Source: Candidatus Eiseniibacteriota bacterium | GTDB taxonomy: Bacteria > Eisenbacteria > RBG-16-71-46 > CAIMUX01 > VGJL01 | Reading direction: 5' to 3' | Assembly (NCBI GenBank): GCA_963792585.1 | Contig: CAWBWI010000005.1 | Span: forward strand, 96,001-160,000 | DNA length: 64,000 nucleotides | In this document: piece after piece, positions 59,781 to 64,000 of the stretch | How positions within the stretch are numbered: position 1 is the stretch's first letter | How the letters are laid out: every line of letters starts with the position of its first letter | Program-made: the position numbers and the translations under genes | Notes under the pieces: model-generated | Databases searched by the model: none | What the model was told of the DNA's origin: nothing | What the model saw: the letters and a program-made list of their open reading frames with translations, nothing else

Positions 59781-60905
59781 TTGGGAGCCGCGTTCGTACA
59801 AGGAGACCGCGATCGTTGCGCCGCAGGCTGTATCCGGGTCCTTCTGGAGCGGCCCGACCCTGCGTGCCGTGAGTTGCTCGCGGCATATGCGGGCGACTAC
59901 ATCCGCGCCTTCCTGACTGCCTGCCGCTCCCGGTGGCGCTTCGGTTTCTCCGGCACCTTCGACGACATGATCGAGGAGGTCGGCGACACGGAGACGGCCA
60001 CCCTCCTGCGCGTGGCGGCCGACGAGGATGGCCGCGACGCTCTCCCGGGGCTTCGTCTCGCCCTACGGAAACTCGATGTCGCCCGCGCGGACGACATGAC
60101 AATCGTGCTCGCCTTCCGCGGATCGCTGCGGACCCGTGCGCACCAGGGCGCGATCGCGCGGTGGAAGAGAGAGCACCCCGACGAGGCGCTCTTCCTTCGA
60201 AGCGTCAAGCTCAGGCTCCGGGACGCTCGCGGCATCTGGATTCACAAGGATGCGCGGGGGCAGTTCCTCGTCACCGCCCGGTCGAACCTCCGGCTTCCGT
60301 GCATGGAGCCCGCCGAACTCGTCGACGTGCTCCGCGCATGCGGGCCGCGCTATCGGCCCGTTGTCGTCCTGGCCGTGTTGCGCAAGTCCCTGGCGCCGAC
60401 GCCTCGACACGGCGGCGTGTGCTATCTCATGGACGTCTCCCGAACCGTGCACGCGCTTCGCGCGGAGATCGTCGAAACGGATCCTGGGGGGACCGGCGCG
60501 ATTCCCCACACGGAAGGTTCCCCGCTGAGCCGCGATCGAACGCCACGGACCATCTGGCGCGCTCGAACGCGGGCGGTCTTCGAGGAAGCGGCCCGGGCGA
60601 TACTCTGCGAAGACGGGGGCGATCCGGGCGCGCGCACGCGCGAAGCTTGGATTCGCATCAGCGTCGAGTTGACCCTGCGGCCATTCGGATTGGGCGACGA
60701 CACCCTCGACGGCCTCTCGCAGCTACGCATGATCGAACGCCTCCTCCCGGGATCGGCACAGGCCGGGGAAGTCCGCGCACATGTGAATGGCACGAACTAT
60801 CTCACCCGCCGACTCCGCGTCTGGGCCAGACGGAATCGCGCGCTTCTCGCGCGGCCGCTCTGGCGCCGTTGGATCGAGCGAGCGGAGGGGGGCGTGACCG
60901 GATGA
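59781..60905 (+). CDS. Hypothetical helical protein, possibly a divergent sigma-like/DNA-binding regulator
   Basis: Coherent ORF coupled (ATGA) to the next gene; weak sigma region-2 resemblance (DDMIEEV, FRGSLR) and a basic C-terminus. Start uncertain. Confidence 0.5.
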   Translation: MGAAFVQGDRDRCAAGCIRVLLERPDPACRELLAAYAGDYIRAFLTACRSRWRFGFSGTFDDMIEEVGDTETATLLRVAADEDGRDALPGLRLALRKLDVARADDMTIVLAFRGSLRTRAHQGAIARWKREHPDEALFLRSVKLRLRDARGIWIHKDARGQFLVTARSNLRLPCMEPAELVDVLRACGPRYRPVVVLAVLRKSLAPTPRHGGVCYLMDVSRTVHALRAEIVETDPGGTGAIPHTEGSPLSRDRTPRTIWRARTRAVFEEAARAILCEDGGDPGARTREAWIRISVELTLRPFGLGDDTLDGLSQLRMIERLLPGSAQAGEVRAHVNGTNYLTRRLRVWARRNRALLARPLWRRWIERAEGGVTG

Positions 60906-63034
60906 CCCGTCCCCAGCCGGCCGAACTGATCGGACTACAGGACGAGTTGCAGCGGTTGCTCACGCTCGGCCAACCGCCGGCCGTCGCCGTGGAGATGCGT
61001 CGGCGGTTCGTCGAGGCGACCCTTCCGTTGGGCCCCGCGATCTGGGCCGGATTCACCTTCCAGGTCGCGATCGCGCTCGTGCGGCAGATCCCGTCGTTGA
61101 CGTTGCTGGGCCTTTCTCCGCAGGCGATCGACGCGCTCCGCGATCTGATCCGGCGCATCCGGACGCAGCCGGTTCCGGCCTGGTCGGGCGCGGTCGATTG
61201 GCCGGATCTCTGCGAGCGTGCTCGTGCGGAACTGGATCGGACCGAACCGGCGATGGCCGCGGGAGAGATCGGCGTCCCCGTCGTCGCGAAGGCCTGCGGC
61301 AATGGCGCGACGCACCCTCTTTTCGAGGACGTGTCGGTCGGGTGCATCCTCCGACTCCGCGTGGAAGCGGACGTTGCGGATCGTCGCCGGCGGATCCCCC
61401 AACTCGTCGTCGATGGTGAAGCCGCGCCCGACACCCGCTCCGCGTTCGAGGCCACGCTCGGCGCCGTGGGCGCCGCGCGCGCCTGGGGCGCGCCGCACCC
61501 GAGCCGATGCGTCTTCCGCGCCTCGTGGGACATGCCGGGCGCGCGGCTGGTAGGCCGCTCCGGCGGACTCGCGTTCTTCCTCGCCGCGGCGACCGCGCGG
61601 GCCAGGCTCTCCCCTTCCCTGTGGGACCGGATTCTCCCGGAGGGCCTCGCCGCGACGGGCGACGTCGAAGCGAAGACCGTCCTCCCCGTCGATCCGGACG
61701 GGCTTCTCACGAAGGTGCGCGCGTCCCACCATGCGCGGGTGAAGATCCTGCTGGTTCCGAGAGCGCAGGAGGAAGCCGCCGCAGAGGAGGCGCGGTCGAT
61801 GGAATCGATCGCGCCGGGCCACCTCGTTGAGGTCGTCGGCGTGGACGACGTTCTGCAGATTTGGGCCGGCGGCTCCGTGGTGCGCCGTCGCGCGCGCGGA
61901 TTGCCCCTCTTCGTCCACGGGCTGCTTTCGTGGCTCACCCGCAGCCCCATCCGAATCGCGCTCCTGCTCGCGGTGTTCGCGGCGATCGCGGGCGCGCTGA
62001 TCTTCACGGCCGTGCGCTGGGAGAGGGACCCCGTCGCTGCCGAGTGGAAGGGCGAGCGCCTGGTGATGCGAAATCGCTACGGACATGCGTGGTCGATGCC
62101 AATGCTGTATCCGCCGGCTCCCCGCGTCTTCTTCCAGCCAGACTGGGGCGCCCCGCTCGTGGTCATGAAGCCCCCCGGATCGGAGCGCTCCATCGTGATC
62201 GCGATCCTCGGAGCGGGTCCTCAGGGATCGGAGCGCCTGGTCGCGCTGACTCCGGACGGCGACATTCTCTGGGAGACGGATTCCAGGCGAATCGGCGAAC
62301 GCCACCACACGCCGGTCGCGGACGTCTGCTGGTTGGGCATTTACCTCTGCGGCCCGGCGGCGGACGGCTCCGCGCAAGTCTACGCGCTTCGGCGTTCGAT
62401 CCAGTCGAATCTGTGCCTGATCGACCGGGTCGACGCGGGATCCGGCGCTTCCCGCGGCTGCCTTCGTAACCAGGGACACCTCGAGTTCAGCAGGGAGATT
62501 GACCTCGACAACGACGGACTGCGCGAGGTCGTGTTCATGGGCACGCACAATCCCGATTCCTGCGCGATCGCGATCGTCCTTGATCCGGGCCGGATGCGGC
62601 CCATCTCCTCGGCGGATTCGCTCGATTCAATCCCCAACGTCTCGAATCCGTCGAGCCTGGGATCCGGTGTGGCCGCCTGCTGGCGCTTCGCCAACGATCG
62701 TTTCTCGACGCAGTTGCGCTCCACCTGCAACGGCCTGTACGAGGACAGCGTCGGGATCGTCCGGATCGCCACCAGCGGCTCAACGTCGGAGGGAAGCTTC
62801 CTCTACCGCCTGCGGACGGCGGATCTTCGTCGGCCGATGGTGCTCGACGTGCAGATCACGGACGCCTACCGGGCGTACCACAACGAACACATGGGTCGAG
62901 CGGTCCCTGCGGCGGAGATTGCCGCCGAAGAATCGCGCCTCGCCGGAAAGGCGGCGGTGCTGACGGAGGGGGGATGGGTCCCCATGCGTCGCTCGATCGC
63001 AACGTTTTCTGAAAGCGGCGCCGGGGTGAACTAA
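60902..63034 (+). CDS. Single-pass membrane protein with Lon-protease (S16) catalytic-like domain and extracytoplasmic repeat domain
   Basis: GRSGGLA...LAATGDV...VLPV...LLTKVRA...VKILLVP parallels Lon GPSAG...AMTGEI...VLPIGG..EK...IKTVLIP; TM helix near 61955-62015; DLDNDG FG-GAP-like motif. Confidence 0.65.
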   Translation: MTRPQPAELIGLQDELQRLLTLGQPPAVAVEMRRRFVEATLPLGPAIWAGFTFQVAIALVRQIPSLTLLGLSPQAIDALRDLIRRIRTQPVPAWSGAVDWPDLCERARAELDRTEPAMAAGEIGVPVVAKACGNGATHPLFEDVSVGCILRLRVEADVADRRRRIPQLVVDGEAAPDTRSAFEATLGAVGAARAWGAPHPSRCVFRASWDMPGARLVGRSGGLAFFLAAATARARLSPSLWDRILPEGLAATGDVEAKTVLPVDPDGLLTKVRASHHARVKILLVPRAQEEAAAEEARSMESIAPGHLVEVVGVDDVLQIWAGGSVVRRRARGLPLFVHGLLSWLTRSPIRIALLLAVFAAIAGALIFTAVRWERDPVAAEWKGERLVMRNRYGHAWSMPMLYPPAPRVFFQPDWGAPLVVMKPPGSERSIVIAILGAGPQGSERLVALTPDGDILWETDSRRIGERHHTPVADVCWLGIYLCGPAADGSAQVYALRRSIQSNLCLIDRVDAGSGASRGCLRNQGHLEFSREIDLDNDGLREVVFMGTHNPDSCAIAIVLDPGRMRPISSADSLDSIPNVSNPSSLGSGVAACWRFANDRFSTQLRSTCNGLYEDSVGIVRIATSGSTSEGSFLYRLRTADLRRPMVLDVQITDAYRAYHNEHMGRAVPAAEIAAEESRLAGKAAVLTEGGWVPMRRSIATFSESGAGVN

Positions 63035-63060
63035 GATAGGTCTGGAACAGGGGGAGCGGC

Positions 63061-63645
63061 GTGGCCCCCGGACGGGAACGAACCATGGAGTGTTGGTCTC
63101 AGGGATCGTTGGAACGGGCGGCGATCCGTATGGCGGACGCGGGGATTGCGCCCGGCTGCGCGCCCAGCGCCGCAGTCGCCGCGGATCTCGTCTCTCTGCT
63201 CGCCCACGCGCAGACCTGCACTCGCTGCCGGGGCGTTCTCCACATTCTCTTCGACGCGGAAGTGCTCATGAGGGCGAGGGGACATCGTCCGATTGTCCTG
63301 CCGCTGCGGCTCCTGGATCCCACCGGCGCGTCGCGCGGGATGGACGCGGAGACTCCGCCCGGGTGGCGTGAGTCGTACCCGGTGGCGGCGCAAACCCCCG
63401 AAATCGGCCGACGGATCGAGGATGGAACGACTCCGAGCCGCGTCCTTACGCTGACCACGAGCGACGATCGCTTCCTTGTGCGCATCCTGCCGAACAACCC
63501 CGGCCCCGGCGCAACCGCCATCCTGTATCCCGCGCGGGGTGGCGTGACGATCGAGATCGACGGGAAGAGCTTTGCATTCGACGAGACCGGAACCGCCACC
63601 CTACCCGGCTTCCCCGGCGCAGACATCTCACTCGTCCTCCGCTGA
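63061..63645 (+). CDS. Hypothetical protein with HxxxCxxC (zf-HC2/ZAS anti-sigma-like) motif
   Basis: AHAQTCTRC at about 63202-63228; no TM helix; beta-rich C-terminus. Confidence 0.55.
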   Translation: MAPGRERTMECWSQGSLERAAIRMADAGIAPGCAPSAAVAADLVSLLAHAQTCTRCRGVLHILFDAEVLMRARGHRPIVLPLRLLDPTGASRGMDAETPPGWRESYPVAAQTPEIGRRIEDGTTPSRVLTLTTSDDRFLVRILPNNPGPGATAILYPARGGVTIEIDGKSFAFDETGTATLPGFPGADISLVLR

Positions 63646-63788
63646 CCGAAGGAAAACTTCTGAACGCGGACGCGCCTGCCCCTATGTCTCTAGGGCGGCG
63701 TCGGGGGTGGGCCGGCCGCGCATCCCAGACCGTGTCTCCGCGACCGTCCTGACCCGGCAGCCCGCCCCCGACGCGGCTGCTCGGGGAT

Positions 63789-64000
63789 CTACCAGATCGA
63801 ACGCCGACGGCGCCGTGGCGGCGAACCCAACAGGGCCCCGAGAAGCCCTCGCGTCACCTCGCGCGTCACGGTCCGCGTCACGGGCGAGCGCAGCACCTCT
63901 TCGAGTTTGCTGGGCGGCTCCTTCGCCGCCCGGCGCGCCGGCGGCGGCGCCTCCGGCGCCTGGGGGGCGGGCGCCATCCTGGCTGCGAGCATCTCGCGCG
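63789..64000 (-). CDS. C-terminal end of probable DUF853 / HerA-like ATPase (5' part outside the window)
   Basis: ARE.LAAR start and S...RTVTREVTRGLLG.L terminal motif typical of YjgR/DUF853 proteins. Confidence 0.65.
   Translation of the reverse strand, partial: REMLAARMAPAPQAPEAPPPARRAAKEPPSKLEEVLRSPVTRTVTREVTRGLLGALLGSPPRRRRRSIW

Noticed and set aside
59933..60901. N-terminal extension giving a 1033-aa protein
   Set aside because: It overlaps the 59781-60905 gene in a low-complexity frame; ATG 60902 with ATGA coupling is the more plausible start.
1..64000. CRISPR arrays, IS/transposases, integrases, prophage genes, tRNA/rRNA
   Set aside because: No regularly spaced repeats, recombinase motifs or structured RNA genes were recognised by eye; a covariance-model scan was not possible.

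Overview
High-GC bacterial chromosomal window of about 47 CDS. I found no rRNA, tRNA, CRISPR array or mobile element. Secreted proteins carry either FlgD/T9SS-like C-terminal domains or a short C-terminal 'TTWGxI(K/R)xx(F/Y)R' tail, which suggests an FCB-affiliated candidate lineage such as Ca. Eisenbacteria, Krumholzibacteria or Latescibacteria (inference). Ordinary content: S41 peptidase, MarR-GNAT, tag, typA, fahA, a histidine kinase plus REC-PP2C pair, a fused Nfn/GltD-like oxidoreductase, a DUF3857/transglutaminase pair, a TetR-TolC-HlyD-ABC (YbhGFSR-like) efflux operon, dodecin and a DUF853 fragment. Main findings: (1) a secreted CBM-like protein (11077-11646) interrupted by one in-frame TGA that is followed by a bacterial SECIS-like hairpin, making it a candidate new selenoprotein, divergent from a CxxC redoxin-beta-barrel fusion; (2) a three-gene module of a sigma-like protein, a membrane-anchored Lon-protease-domain receptor and an HxxxCxxC anti-sigma-like protein (59781-63645); (3) a dockerin-bearing thermolysin co-transcribed with a cohesin-bearing lipoprotein (52423-57998); (4) a sphingolipid-type cluster with SPT, a lipid kinase, Tam41-like and CDP-alcohol transferases but no recognisable bCerS/CerR (23425-31205); (5) tandem Cys-rich paralogs sharing a near-identical 280-bp block. 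Several single-base frameshifts, mostly at short homopolymers, look like assembly errors. All family calls come from motif recognition by eye; no database searches were run.
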